This document shows, piece by piece, positions 15,924-25,078 of a stretch of 25,985 nt of DNA. The stretch is taken from positions 1-25,985 of the forward strand of contig CAMLUY010000001.1 in NCBI GenBank assembly GCA_946487985.1, read 5' to 3'. The notes below the pieces were generated by a model. The model ran no database searches. It worked only from the letters and a program-made list of their open reading frames with translations, and was not told where the DNA came from. How positions within the stretch are numbered: position 1 is the first letter of the stretch; every line of letters begins with the position of its first letter. This stretch comes from an uncultured Clostridia bacterium (GTDB lineage: Bacteria > Bacillota > Clostridia > Christensenellales > UBA1242). The translations under genes and the position numbers were made by a program.

Positions 15924-18285
15924 TTTCTATTTCTCCTTTAAAAGTTGTTTTGAGCTGAGTCAGGCTGTTATATATTCTTGAATTTGTCAAATCGTTTTTT
16001 ACTGATTTGTTTACCCTGATAATCATCTGCTCATTATCGTCAACTGTGATTATGCCCAGCTGATTGAAAACCAAAAGCGCGGCATAAAAGGTTGAAAAGG
16101 ACAGCTGAGATTCTAGTGAGCATTGGTCATAAATTTCAAATACGTTATAGATGCTTTTCCCTGCCTTTGAGCACAAAGCACGATACACTTTGCCGAACGC
16201 GCCACGCGAAAGGTCAATGCCTGCGAATTTACGAGGATCACCGCCTTTTTCTGCTGGCACAAAAATCTCAGCATCTGTAACACGATTCAGTGCGGCAATA
16301 TACTTTTTGTCAAGCACAGGCGACAGGAAGATGATCTTGGTAAAGTTCTTTGCCCAAGCCAGTCCTTTTGGCGACAGCAAGATGGAGTTGTAGCCAATCT
16401 CTTTGTCTTCATATATGCCAAAATGATATATGCCCTGCGTGTTGTAAGTGCGAGCAAATTCAACATAGTCAAAGCATGAATATGTGACAAAGCATGTGCC
16501 AAACACCGTAGTATTTGTTCCGCCTACGAATGAAAGAAGCTGGCTTTGCGGATATAAAGTGTATTTCGCATCTGAATTGCCATTGATGACAAGTTGATTC
16601 AGCTCGATCGAATTAAGCTTTTTGTACGCGTCATCGACTATGAAGCTGCCGCCATCAAACTTGTCAACAATCCCTTTTGAAGAATGAGGCTGAAATTCGA
16701 AGATGAATGACTTGTTGCGCGAGAAGACAATCTTGACAATGTTGTCAATAAAATTAAAGTACGTTAGGTTTAGCTTGCCCACCTTGATGTTTGCATGCTG
16801 AGGGAACTTTTTCATTGGCAGGATTTCTGCATCATGGACGGTAATTTTGAACTTTGGCCTTGGATTTGCGCAGCCATATGGTTCAAGCAGTGCAAGTCCT
16901 TTCAAAAGCTCGGGCGACACTTCCTCTTCTGTGATGTCTTGGTCGTAATACTCAATAGGAATAAACACTTCATCATTGATCGAGTTGAGGGCAAAAGAAT
17001 TAATCTTTTGGCTGAAAAGCTCATAGTTTGAACGTTTGAGTGATAATCCCGCTGCCATCGAGTGCCCACCAAAAGTTTCCAGTATATCTTTGAGCGAGGA
17101 AAGCAGCTGGTGAATGTTGATGTCGTCAATGCTTCGACCCGAGCCGCTGAGAAGCTCTCCTTCTTGGGCAAACAAAAATACTGGTTTGTGATATTTCTCT
17201 ACAAGTCGCGAGCAGACAATTCCAAGCACGCCTTTATCCCAGGCTTTTGAAGCAAGAGTAATCACGCGCTGATTTTTCATGTCTACTCGGCATAACGCTT
17301 TTTCGCAGTCGTCATATATCTTGTTGCAAATTTCCTGTCTGCGCGTATTGTGAACCTTTATCTTTTCGAGGCAGGACTTAACCTTCACTGGGTCGGTTTC
17401 AAAATAGACTTTAAGCGAATCGACAGCATCGCCCATTCGACCAGATGCGTTAAGTTTCGGGCCAATCTTAAAAGAAATGTCTGTCGCATTTGGCTTGGCA
17501 ACCGAAATATCATATTCCTTGAACATCATTTTTAGTCCAATCGGCAGATATTTATCGCACAACTTCAAGCCGCGTGAAACTATTGTCCTGTTTTCGCCAA
17601 TGAGCGGAACAATGTCAACGATTGTTGCTATGGCTGCAACAGGCAAAAATTGTTCAGCTTCCTTTGAACCAAGAAGTGCCTCGGCAAACTTGTATGCAAC
17701 CCCTGTACCACAGAGCTCGCGAAAAGGATATTGTTGCCCCTCAATTTTTGCATTGACAACAACTGTATCTGGAATTGTTTCTGGTATTTCATGGTGGTCG
17801 GTGACCATGATTTCGATGCCTAGGTTTTTCGCATACTCTATTTCTTGCGCGCAAGAAATACCACAGTCGACTGTGATAATCAGATTTGGTGAAAATTTGC
17901 TTGCTATTTTATCAATGACAGCATTGGTCAAGCCGTAGCCGTCAATATAGCGGTTTGGCAGATAAAAGTCTGCATTGATGCCATACAAAGCGAGGGCTTT
18001 AATCATAATTGATGTCGCGCTCACGCCATCGACATCATAATCGCCGAAAATAAGCACTTTGTCGTTCAGCTCTTTGGCAAGTTTTACCCTATTGACAAGT
18101 TCCTGCATGCCATTCAACAAAAATGGATTGTGCATGGTTTTTGGGTTTAAAAATTCTTCTATTTCTTTGTCAGTGTTGATACCTCGTGAAAGAATTAAGT
18201 CCATGATCCGAGGTGGTAAATTAAATTTTTGTGCAAAATGCTCTACTTTATCGGCGTCTTTATTGAAAAATTTTTTAAATATCAT
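15898..18285 (-). CDS. recJ: Single-stranded-DNA-specific exonuclease RecJ with Firmicute C-terminal extension (795 aa)
   Basis: FGDYDVDG, PNRYIDGYG, TVDCG, TDHHE, GPKLNASGR, GSGRS, FGGHSMAAG, LEPYGCANP. Confidence 0.97.
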   Translation of the reverse strand: MIFKKFFNKDADKVEHFAQKFNLPPRIMDLILSRGINTDKEIEEFLNPKTMHNPFLLNGMQELVNRVKLAKELNDKVLIFGDYDVDGVSATSIMIKALALYGINADFYLPNRYIDGYGLTNAVIDKIASKFSPNLIITVDCGISCAQEIEYAKNLGIEIMVTDHHEIPETIPDTVVVNAKIEGQQYPFRELCGTGVAYKFAEALLGSKEAEQFLPVAAIATIVDIVPLIGENRTIVSRGLKLCDKYLPIGLKMMFKEYDISVAKPNATDISFKIGPKLNASGRMGDAVDSLKVYFETDPVKVKSCLEKIKVHNTRRQEICNKIYDDCEKALCRVDMKNQRVITLASKAWDKGVLGIVCSRLVEKYHKPVFLFAQEGELLSGSGRSIDDINIHQLLSSLKDILETFGGHSMAAGLSLKRSNYELFSQKINSFALNSINDEVFIPIEYYDQDITEEEVSPELLKGLALLEPYGCANPRPKFKITVHDAEILPMKKFPQHANIKVGKLNLTYFNFIDNIVKIVFSRNKSFIFEFQPHSSKGIVDKFDGGSFIVDDAYKKLNSIELNQLVINGNSDAKYTLYPQSQLLSFVGGTNTTVFGTCFVTYSCFDYVEFARTYNTQGIYHFGIYEDKEIGYNSILLSPKGLAWAKNFTKIIFLSPVLDKKYIAALNRVTDAEIFVPAEKGGDPRKFAGIDLSRGAFGKVYRALCSKAGKSIYNVFEIYDQCSLESQLSFSTFYAALLVFNQLGIITVDDNEQMIIRVNKSVKNDLTNSRIYNSLTQLKTTFKGEIENARQGNRR

Positions 18286-18310
18286 AAATTACGCCTTTAT
18301 TTATGATTAT

Positions 18311-18339
18311 ATTATATTAAATCGCTATTGAATTGGCAA
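18311..18339 (-). promoter_or_regulatory. sigmaA promoter of recJ-rel-hemZ
   Basis: TTGCCA (18339-18334), 17 bp, TATAAT (18316-18311). Confidence 0.7.
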
Positions 18340-18369
18340 GCGATTTTCATATAAAAGTTTTGTTGGCAC

Positions 18370-18393
18370 AAAAAAAGTCGGTTGCCCGACTTT
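18370..18393 (-). terminator. Intrinsic terminator of the dnaG-sigA-zinc ribbon operon
   Basis: Minus strand AAAGTCGG-GCAA-CCGACTTTTTTT. Confidence 0.85.
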
Positions 18394-18446
18394 GTAACTT
18401 TATAGCCTGTGCGGCCGAAAAATTTTGAAAAATTTTGTTTTTTTGA

Positions 18447-19145
18447 CTAATCTTTATAAATAATACGTCTGCAATGTTCGCAGGAAAGAATGCCTTCGCT
18501 TTCAAGTTTTGAAATATTTGCATAAGGCAGTTCGATATGACAGCCGCCGCAAGAATTGTTTCTAAGTGGAACAATCACTGGAAAAATATTTTCGTGACGG
18601 CGCTTTTGATAGGCGTCCATCAGTTTGCTGTCAACAGTTTTTGCAAGAACTGCCAGTTTTTTTGCAAGCTCATCTTTCTTGCTTTCAACAGACTCAACAT
18701 CTTTTTCGTATGCCGTTTTGCTGGCGTTGTACTGAGCTTTGGCGCTGTTGAATGTTTTGATTGTCTTATTGAACTCGGCAAGCACAGCGTTGATGTTTTC
18801 GGCAAGTGCTGTAAGGTTTTTGTCAAGAATTACCAGATTTTGCGAAAGCTTATCTTTTAGTGTTGTGAGTTTTGCAATTTCAGCGCTTGACATTTTAGAC
18901 AAGTCTTTTGACATGAACTCGTTAATTTTGTCCTGCTGAATTTGAAATTGCTTTTTCATTTTTTCAATGTCTGCAAGAAGCACTCCTGCTTTTTTTTCAA
19001 GCTGCAACGACTTCTCTTGCGCAGCACGCATGCTTTCATGCATCTCTTCTGCCTTGCGCTTGTTTTCATTGCTTCTAATTTGACGTTCAATATTGTAAAG
19101 CTCGCGATCTAAATTTTGATAGTTGAGTATTTGTGTAAAATCCAT
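18447..19145 (-). CDS. Coiled-coil protein with C-terminal C4 zinc ribbon (DUF164/CT398/FlgZ-like, 232 aa)
   Basis: About 190 aa of coiled coil followed by CGGCHIELP...CEHCRRII. RBS AAGGAG; 21 nt downstream of the sigA stop. Confidence 0.88.
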   Translation of the reverse strand: MDFTQILNYQNLDRELYNIERQIRSNENKRKAEEMHESMRAAQEKSLQLEKKAGVLLADIEKMKKQFQIQQDKINEFMSKDLSKMSSAEIAKLTTLKDKLSQNLVILDKNLTALAENINAVLAEFNKTIKTFNSAKAQYNASKTAYEKDVESVESKKDELAKKLAVLAKTVDSKLMDAYQKRRHENIFPVIVPLRNNSCGGCHIELPYANISKLESEGILSCEHCRRIIYKD

Positions 19146-19166
19146 TCTTTCTCCTTTTTAATAAAA

Positions 19167-20228
19167 TTAATTGATAAAGTCAACAAGTTTTTTGCTACGG
19201 TTTGGGTGTTTGAGTTTTCGCAGAGCTTTGGCTTCAATCTGACGAATACGCTCACGAGTAACGCTGAACTCTCTGCCCACCTCTTCAAGGGTCTTTGCTT
19301 TTCCGTCTATAAGGCCATATCGCTCGCGAATTACCTGCTGCTCACGCGGAGTAAGCGTATCAATGACGGCAAGCAGCTGCTCATGAAGAAGCTTTTGTGA
19401 AGCAACTTCCATCGGGCTCTTGGCTGATTCGTCTTCGATGAAGTCGCTCATCTTGCTGTCTTCCTCTTCGCCGATTGGGGTTTCAAGCGATACAGGGTCG
19501 AGTGCGCTTTTTTGTATTTCCACTACTTTATTTTCACTTATGCCCATAGCTTCGGCGACCTCTTCAACCGTCGGCTCGCGAGAAAGCTTTTGAGTCAACT
19601 GGCGAACTGTGCGGCCATATCTATTGATGGTTTCTACCATATGAACAGGCAGGCGTATGGTTCGCGACTGGTCGGCAATAGCACGCGTGATTGCCTGTTT
19701 TATCCACCATGTTGCATAAGTTGAAAATCTGAAACCCTTTGTGTAGTCAAACTTTTCAACTGCACGCAAAAGTCCCATGTTGCCCTCTTGAATAAGGTCA
19801 AGAAATGCAAGCGAGTTGGTGCTTGCCCATCTTTTTGCGATAGACACAACAAGGCGCAAGTTTGCCTGGCAAAGTCTGGCTTTTGCCTCTTCATCGCCAT
19901 CAAGGATTCTTTTTGCAAGTTCAATCTCTTCATCAGATGAAAGCAGTGGCACTTTGCCAATATCTTTCAAATACATCTTAACTGGGTCGTCAACAGAAGA
20001 AAAACCTGAAAAATTCTCAATATCACCAAGACCTTCATCGCTTTCAGCGTCTGTTTTGAGTATTTTGATTTTATGGCTTTCAAGCTTTTTGATGAATTTT
20101 TGGATTTCCTGAGCTGAAAGGTCATATTTGAGAAGCCTGTAATACACGTCTTCTTCATTTATTGAGCCCTTTTTTGTCGCTACATCAAAAATGCGCTTCA
20201 TTTCAATGTCTATTTTATTATCTGACAT
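19167..20228 (-). CDS. sigA: Primary sigma factor SigA/RpoD (353 aa)
   Basis: [73 protein letters not shown]. Confidence 0.98.
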   Translation of the reverse strand: MSDNKIDIEMKRIFDVATKKGSINEEDVYYRLLKYDLSAQEIQKFIKKLESHKIKILKTDAESDEGLGDIENFSGFSSVDDPVKMYLKDIGKVPLLSSDEEIELAKRILDGDEEAKARLCQANLRLVVSIAKRWASTNSLAFLDLIQEGNMGLLRAVEKFDYTKGFRFSTYATWWIKQAITRAIADQSRTIRLPVHMVETINRYGRTVRQLTQKLSREPTVEEVAEAMGISENKVVEIQKSALDPVSLETPIGEEEDSKMSDFIEDESAKSPMEVASQKLLHEQLLAVIDTLTPREQQVIRERYGLIDGKAKTLEEVGREFSVTRERIRQIEAKALRKLKHPNRSKKLVDFIN

Positions 20229-21993
20229 AAAATTCCTCCAATTTCCTTTCTTTCAGCGCTTTTGTTGCAGCGCTTAATTCCTGCACAATCTTCTTGCGTT
20301 CGTCGCTGTCAGTGCAATTATTGAACTGCTCTGTCAGTGCGGTTTGTTTGTTGACCAGCTCTTGGCTGACGATAAGCCACAGGCATTCATCAAAATATTG
20401 CTTGCCATTGCCTTGATACTCTGAAAAATCCATGTTTAGGCAGTCTTTCAAAACAGGTTCATTTTCAATGTCGAAATAGTCAAAGTACGACGAGATGGAT
20501 ATGCCTTCTTCGGCCTTTTCAATGACCTCTTTGTATCTTGGCAGCAGCCTTTTGTAATCTATTTTTTTATTGACAAAATCCTTCTTGTGAATAAGCGAAC
20601 TGAGTAAAAACTTTATAGCTCTAATATTGCCATTTTCACGTGCAATTAAAACATTTTCATCGGTTTTGTCATCTGTTTTTGGAGCTGCTTGTCCGCCTTT
20701 TATTTTTTCAAGGTCACGCCGCAAAATATCGATAGGTATGCCTGTCAAATCTCGCACTTTTTCAAGGTAAGGATCTTCTTCGCTGCTTGAACCAATCTTG
20801 GCGATGAAGCCAAGCGCTGCAAGCGCGAACTTGCCCTTTTCGTTCGGTTTTTTCAGGTCATAGTTTTTCTGCTCATTTTTTATCAAGAAGTCGGTTACTG
20901 GCAAAGCGTTGTTGATAAGATTTTGCAGATATTCTTTGCCGTAAAGTTTCAAGATTTCATCAGGATCATGCTTGTCCGGAAGGGATACAACTGTGGTATT
21001 AAATCCCTCAGCTTTCAGTATGTCAATGCTTTTTATGGTAGCCTTGACGCCTGCGGTATCACCATCAAAACAAAGGACTACATTATTTGAAAGCTTTTTG
21101 AGTTCGTGCGCGTTTTCTTTGGTTAGCGCCGTGCCCATGCATGCTACGGTAGATTTGAAACCTGCCCTGTGCATGGCAATTACATCAATCTGGCCTTCGA
21201 CAATGATTATTTTATCAAGCCCGCCCTGTTGTTTGAGAGCTTTGACAAGGTTGATACCAAAGACCACTCTGCCTTTTTGGAAAAGTATTGTTTCAGCGGT
21301 GTTCTTGTATTTTGCGAAGTCAGACTTGCCAAGCACGCGTGCACTGAAACCAACGCACTCACCAAATGAATTGAAAATTGGAAATACCAGTCTTTCTGCC
21401 ATAACGTCGTAGTATCTGCCATTTTTACATTGTGCAACGCCAGCGTCTAGCATTTCGCGATATGTAAAGTCCTGCTTTTTAAGATAATCGATCATCTCTG
21501 TCCAGTTGATTGAATAGCCAAGTTTGAAATCTTCAAGCTCATGCCGTGTAAAATTCCTTGTTTTTATGTATTCTTGTGCAGGCTTTGCAACTGGCAGGTA
21601 AAGATTTTGCATATAATGTTTGTATGTTGCGTCAAGCAGTTTGAGCAGCCTGTCTTTTGTATGTTTTTTCTGTAAGATATCTTTTTCACCTGTAAGCGCA
21701 GGAACTTCCATGCCTGCATTCTTTGCCAAGATTTTCACAGCCTCTGAAAAATCGCAGGATTCATATTTCATCACGAAGGAAATTACATCACCAGTTTCTT
21801 TGCAACCAAAGCAATAAAAAAGGCCTTCATCACTGACAGAAAAAGATGGCGTTTTTTCATTGTGAAATGGGCAACACCCCCAATATCTGCCGCCTTTCTT
21901 TTCAAGATGAACATACTTCCCGATAACTGAAACAATATCATTCTTTTGTTTCAAAAGTTGTAGCCAATCAGCCGAATAGCCTCTGTTTTGCAA
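20218..21993 (-). CDS. dnaG: DNA primase (591 aa, TTG start)
   Basis: [11 protein letters not shown]...YCFGC zinc finger, [20 protein letters not shown] and [20 protein letters not shown]. Confidence 0.97.
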   Translation of the reverse strand: MQNRGYSADWLQLLKQKNDIVSVIGKYVHLEKKGGRYWGCCPFHNEKTPSFSVSDEGLFYCFGCKETGDVISFVMKYESCDFSEAVKILAKNAGMEVPALTGEKDILQKKHTKDRLLKLLDATYKHYMQNLYLPVAKPAQEYIKTRNFTRHELEDFKLGYSINWTEMIDYLKKQDFTYREMLDAGVAQCKNGRYYDVMAERLVFPIFNSFGECVGFSARVLGKSDFAKYKNTAETILFQKGRVVFGINLVKALKQQGGLDKIIIVEGQIDVIAMHRAGFKSTVACMGTALTKENAHELKKLSNNVVLCFDGDTAGVKATIKSIDILKAEGFNTTVVSLPDKHDPDEILKLYGKEYLQNLINNALPVTDFLIKNEQKNYDLKKPNEKGKFALAALGFIAKIGSSSEEDPYLEKVRDLTGIPIDILRRDLEKIKGGQAAPKTDDKTDENVLIARENGNIRAIKFLLSSLIHKKDFVNKKIDYKRLLPRYKEVIEKAEEGISISSYFDYFDIENEPVLKDCLNMDFSEYQGNGKQYFDECLWLIVSQELVNKQTALTEQFNNCTDSDERKKIVQELSAATKALKERKLEEFYVR

Positions 21994-22205
21994 GACAAAA
22001 TACCCCTAAAATATGTCGTTTAATCTTATTATACTACAAACTTTCCAAATTTCCTTGTAAAAAATCAAAAAATTTACCAAAATTTAAAATATATTGATAT
22101 AAAAACAGAACATTATTGAGTTTTTGTGATTTTGCACGCCTTTTTCAAGCCCAAAACAGGCTGTTTGTGACATATTTGAAAGTCAAAATACTAGATGTTG
22201 AGAGG

Positions 22206-22868
22206 TTATATCAGTCCGCCATTAAGATAGACGCTGGGTATTTCGCCAACGATTATGCTTTCACACAGCAGCACTTCAAGTGTAGTGGTAAAATTTCTTG
22301 TCATGGCTGGCAGTACCATACCTGCAACAGAAGACACTTCAAAATACAGTCGGTGATGTGTTTGATTTATTCCTGCCGCATTAAAATTAGAGTGCACAGC
22401 GGTGTTTACCGTTCCAACAGGCACAAGCTTTACAGAAATATCAGGCCCAATCCCATAAAGAAATGGTATGCCAGTAAAAGTGCCCAGCGCGATGTTTATC
22501 CCTTCACTGCTTAAAGAGTTGAATTTGTCTTGAACGCCTTTGGTAATCTCTCTAATAATGACGTTTATTGTCACAGTATCAATTTCAATAAGCTCGACCT
22601 TATTTGAATTTGAAGAATAGGTTATTTTTACAAGATCGCTGTAAGTAAGATTGCCCTCTTTCATTACATCGCCGACCACCTCTGAGATTGCGCTTGTGGC
22701 AACCGAACGGATTTTTTCTTCACTCAACTTTACAATTATTGGGCACACAACTTTAATGTAATAAAAAAAGATTAGTGCGATTATTACCAGCACTACTGCA
22801 AAAAATATACGCACCTTGGTTTTTGCAGACAATCTTTTTTTGTTTTTGATTTTGAGGCGCTGCTCCAT
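22206..22868 (-). CDS. yunB: Sporulation protein YunB (220 aa)
   Basis: N-terminal TM helix; IALGTFTG, GPDISVKLVPVG, AGINQTHHRLYFEV, IIVGEIPSVY. Confidence 0.92.
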   Translation of the reverse strand: MEQRLKIKNKKRLSAKTKVRIFFAVVLVIIALIFFYYIKVVCPIIVKLSEEKIRSVATSAISEVVGDVMKEGNLTYSDLVKITYSSNSNKVELIEIDTVTINVIIREITKGVQDKFNSLSSEGINIALGTFTGIPFLYGIGPDISVKLVPVGTVNTAVHSNFNAAGINQTHHRLYFEVSSVAGMVLPAMTRNFTTTLEVLLCESIIVGEIPSVYLNGGLI

Positions 22869-22968
22869 TTATTAATATATATGAGTCGCTGCTTCAAAAA
22901 TTGCCATAAATCTTTATCTTTGAAGAACGGCGTATATAGTATTCTGTTTGATATACAAAACACTGTAA

Positions 22969-23325
22969 TTAGTTTTTTGTTTTAGATTTGAATATCAATG
23001 CGAATATGAAAGCAAACAGTACGGCAGCCGCAATACCACCAGCAGTAGCTTCAAGCCCGCCAGTGAATGCACCCAGAAGCCCTTTTGCGGCAACGGCTGA
23101 CATTGCCCCCTTGGCAAGAGATGCGCCAAAGCCAATAATAGGCACATTTATGCCCGCTTTTGCAAATTCAGATATCGGGTCAAAAATGTTGAATGCCTGT
23201 AAAAGAACGCCAATGAGGACAAATGTAACCAAGATTCTTGCCGAAGTAATGTTTGTATAAATGATAAGCACTTGACCGAGCATACATATGAAGCCGCCAA
23301 TTAAAAACACCCATAAATAATACAT
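22969..23325 (-). CDS. spoVAE: Stage V sporulation protein AE (SpoVAEb, 118 aa)
   Basis: FLIGGFICMLGQ, ARILVTFV, FAKAGINVPIIGFGASLAKG, follows spoVAD. Confidence 0.92.
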   Translation of the reverse strand: MYYLWVFLIGGFICMLGQVLIIYTNITSARILVTFVLIGVLLQAFNIFDPISEFAKAGINVPIIGFGASLAKGAMSAVAAKGLLGAFTGGLEATAGGIAAAVLFAFIFALIFKSKTKN

Positions 23326-23346
23326 ATTTCACCTCTTTTTAAAAAA

Positions 23347-24474
23347 TCATTTTGTAGATTTATTTTTCTTTTGTGCTGAGTTTTGATTTTTGACAGGTTT
23401 GCCTGAACCGTTTGACTGTTTTTGTTTTGGCTGTTTTATGTTTGCGCTGATTTTTTTCTTTTCGTCAGACTCACCTACATCACTTTCAAGCACCAGCGCG
23501 TGGCAAACTCCTGGTATAGATTCGCCCTGCTGAGCGGCTGTTGTGGACATCAGTGCGCCAGTAGGCATGAAGAGCACTCTACGATATTCGCCATCACGCA
23601 ATTTTTTCATGATGAAAGAATTGAACACCGTAGCAGAGCACCCGCAGCCGCTGCCGCCACAAAGAGTGTTTTGATTTCGCGTGTAGTACATCTGACCACA
23701 GTCATTGTAATTAAGCCCAAGCTTAAAGCCTTGGTCTTCCATAAGGTCAACCAAAATTTCACTGCCAAGTTTCCCCAAGTCACCTGTTACAATCAAGTCA
23801 TAGTCATCAGGTGTGGTCTTGGTATCTCTGAAATGAGCAAGCATGGTATCCATAGCAGCACCCGCCATTGCAGCGCCCATATTGTTCACATCGCTGACGC
23901 CATAGTCAATCACCTTACCAAATGTAGCCATTGTTATGCGCGGTCCTTTGCCTTCTTGGGATATTACACAGGCGCCCGCACCTGTAACCGTCCATTGTGA
24001 AGTTGGTGGCCTTTGGTTGCCAAGTTCGAGCGGAAAACGGAATTGGCGTTCAGCTGTTGAAAAGTGTGAGCCTGTCGAACAGATAACTGTATCAAATTCA
24101 CGTGCATCGACCAAGGACGCTCCGACAGCCATGCTCTCAGCCATAGTAGAGCAAGCACCAAAAAGGCCTAGAAAGGCAAAGTCAAAATTACGAGCCGCGT
24201 AAGATGAGGATATGATTTGGTTCAAAAGGTCTCCGGCGAGCAGCAAATTGACGTCCTTTGCTTGTATTTTTGCGTCTTCCATCGCGCCCACAATAGCGCT
24301 TTCAAGCATTTTTTTCTCAGCTTTTTCATAAGTCTTTTCTCCAAAGCAGTCATCTTTCATGACATAATTGAAATACGGCCCAAAGTTGCCTTTCCCCTCT
24401 TTTGGCCCGACAATGGAATAGCTGCCAATAATGACAGGCTTGTTTTTAAAAATCACCGTTTGATTGGTGTACAT
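23347..24474 (-). CDS. spoVAD: Stage V sporulation protein AD (375 aa)
   Basis: VGPKEGKG, AGDLLNQI, LGLFGACSTMAES, SHFSTAERQFRFPLELG, YDLIVTGDLG, GGSGCGCSA. ATG 24474 after AGGAGG. Confidence 0.97.
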   Translation of the reverse strand: MYTNQTVIFKNKPVIIGSYSIVGPKEGKGNFGPYFNYVMKDDCFGEKTYEKAEKKMLESAIVGAMEDAKIQAKDVNLLLAGDLLNQIISSSYAARNFDFAFLGLFGACSTMAESMAVGASLVDAREFDTVICSTGSHFSTAERQFRFPLELGNQRPPTSQWTVTGAGACVISQEGKGPRITMATFGKVIDYGVSDVNNMGAAMAGAAMDTMLAHFRDTKTTPDDYDLIVTGDLGKLGSEILVDLMEDQGFKLGLNYNDCGQMYYTRNQNTLCGGSGCGCSATVFNSFIMKKLRDGEYRRVLFMPTGALMSTTAAQQGESIPGVCHALVLESDVGESDEKKKISANIKQPKQKQSNGSGKPVKNQNSAQKKNKSTK

Positions 24475-24532
24475 GTGTCCTCCTATACAAATCAAGGTAA
24501 AAAATAAAAAAATTTTGCTTACGGCCAACTAA

Positions 24533-24979
24533 TCAAATTATGAGGTAAATAAGCCCAACAACAATGCTCGATACAATACCCACAACAATAACTGGGCCTG
24601 CGATGGTGAACATCTTTACGCAAATGCCATAGATTATGCCTTCATGCTTAAACTCTATTGCTGGTGAAGTGATAGAGTTTGAAAAGCCAGTGATTGGCAC
24701 TATTGAACCGCCGCCAGCGAACTTCCCGATTTTGTCATAAACGCCAATGCCTGTAAGAAAAGATGCAATAAAAATAAGCACAATCAAGGTGTATGCCCAA
24801 GCTGTTTGTTCAGCCATATTTGGAAACCATAGCAAAATCAGGTCATTTATGCCCTGCCCGATGCAGCAGATAATGCCGCCGACCAAAAATGAATAGAAAA
24901 GGCTTGGCCAAGCCTTAGTTTTTGGTATCTTCGCTTGAACGTATTTGTTATACGCTTCATTTCTTTTCTTAATGTCCAT
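24533..24979 (-). CDS. spoVAC: Stage V sporulation protein AC (148 aa)
   Basis: FLVGGIICCIGQ, LTGIGVYDKIGKFAGGGSIVPITGFSNSITSPAIEFKHEG, MFTIAGPVIV. Confidence 0.96.
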   Translation of the reverse strand: MDIKKRNEAYNKYVQAKIPKTKAWPSLFYSFLVGGIICCIGQGINDLILLWFPNMAEQTAWAYTLIVLIFIASFLTGIGVYDKIGKFAGGGSIVPITGFSNSITSPAIEFKHEGIIYGICVKMFTIAGPVIVVGIVSSIVVGLIYLII

Positions 24980-25034
24980 TGATAAACTCCTGAGAAGATT
25001 ATTGACAGCAGCGGATAAATTTAAAACATTAAAA

Positions 25035-25063
25035 GAATATTTTTTTGAACATTGTGCAAACTA
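25035..25063 (+). promoter_or_regulatory. Possible forespore (sigmaG/sigmaF-type) promoter
   Basis: GAATA (25035-25039), 17 bp, CAAACTA (25057-25063), upstream of GGAGG RBS; resembles the B. subtilis sigmaG consensus. Confidence 0.4.
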
Positions 25064-25078
25064 AAAGCGGAGGAAATT

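Noticed and set aside
18347-18574. 75-aa minus ORF between the zinc-ribbon gene and recJ
   Set aside because: Overlaps the zinc-ribbon CDS and crosses its terminator.
19810-19850. SigA region-2 variant KRWASTNSL (usual KRYVGRG)
   Set aside because: A local substitution and 1-aa insertion in a variable loop; flanking core motifs are canonical.
22100-22200. Weak hairpins between dnaG and yunB
   Set aside because: Stems of 4-6 bp with bulges and no convincing closed structure.
2977-24507. Long antisense ORFs inside tyrS, pnp, recJ, dnaG, spoVAD and others (e.g. 3477..3977, 9999..10514, 10746..11417, 23422..24000)
   Set aside because: Shadow frames of highly conserved genes, with no RBS or recognisable motifs.
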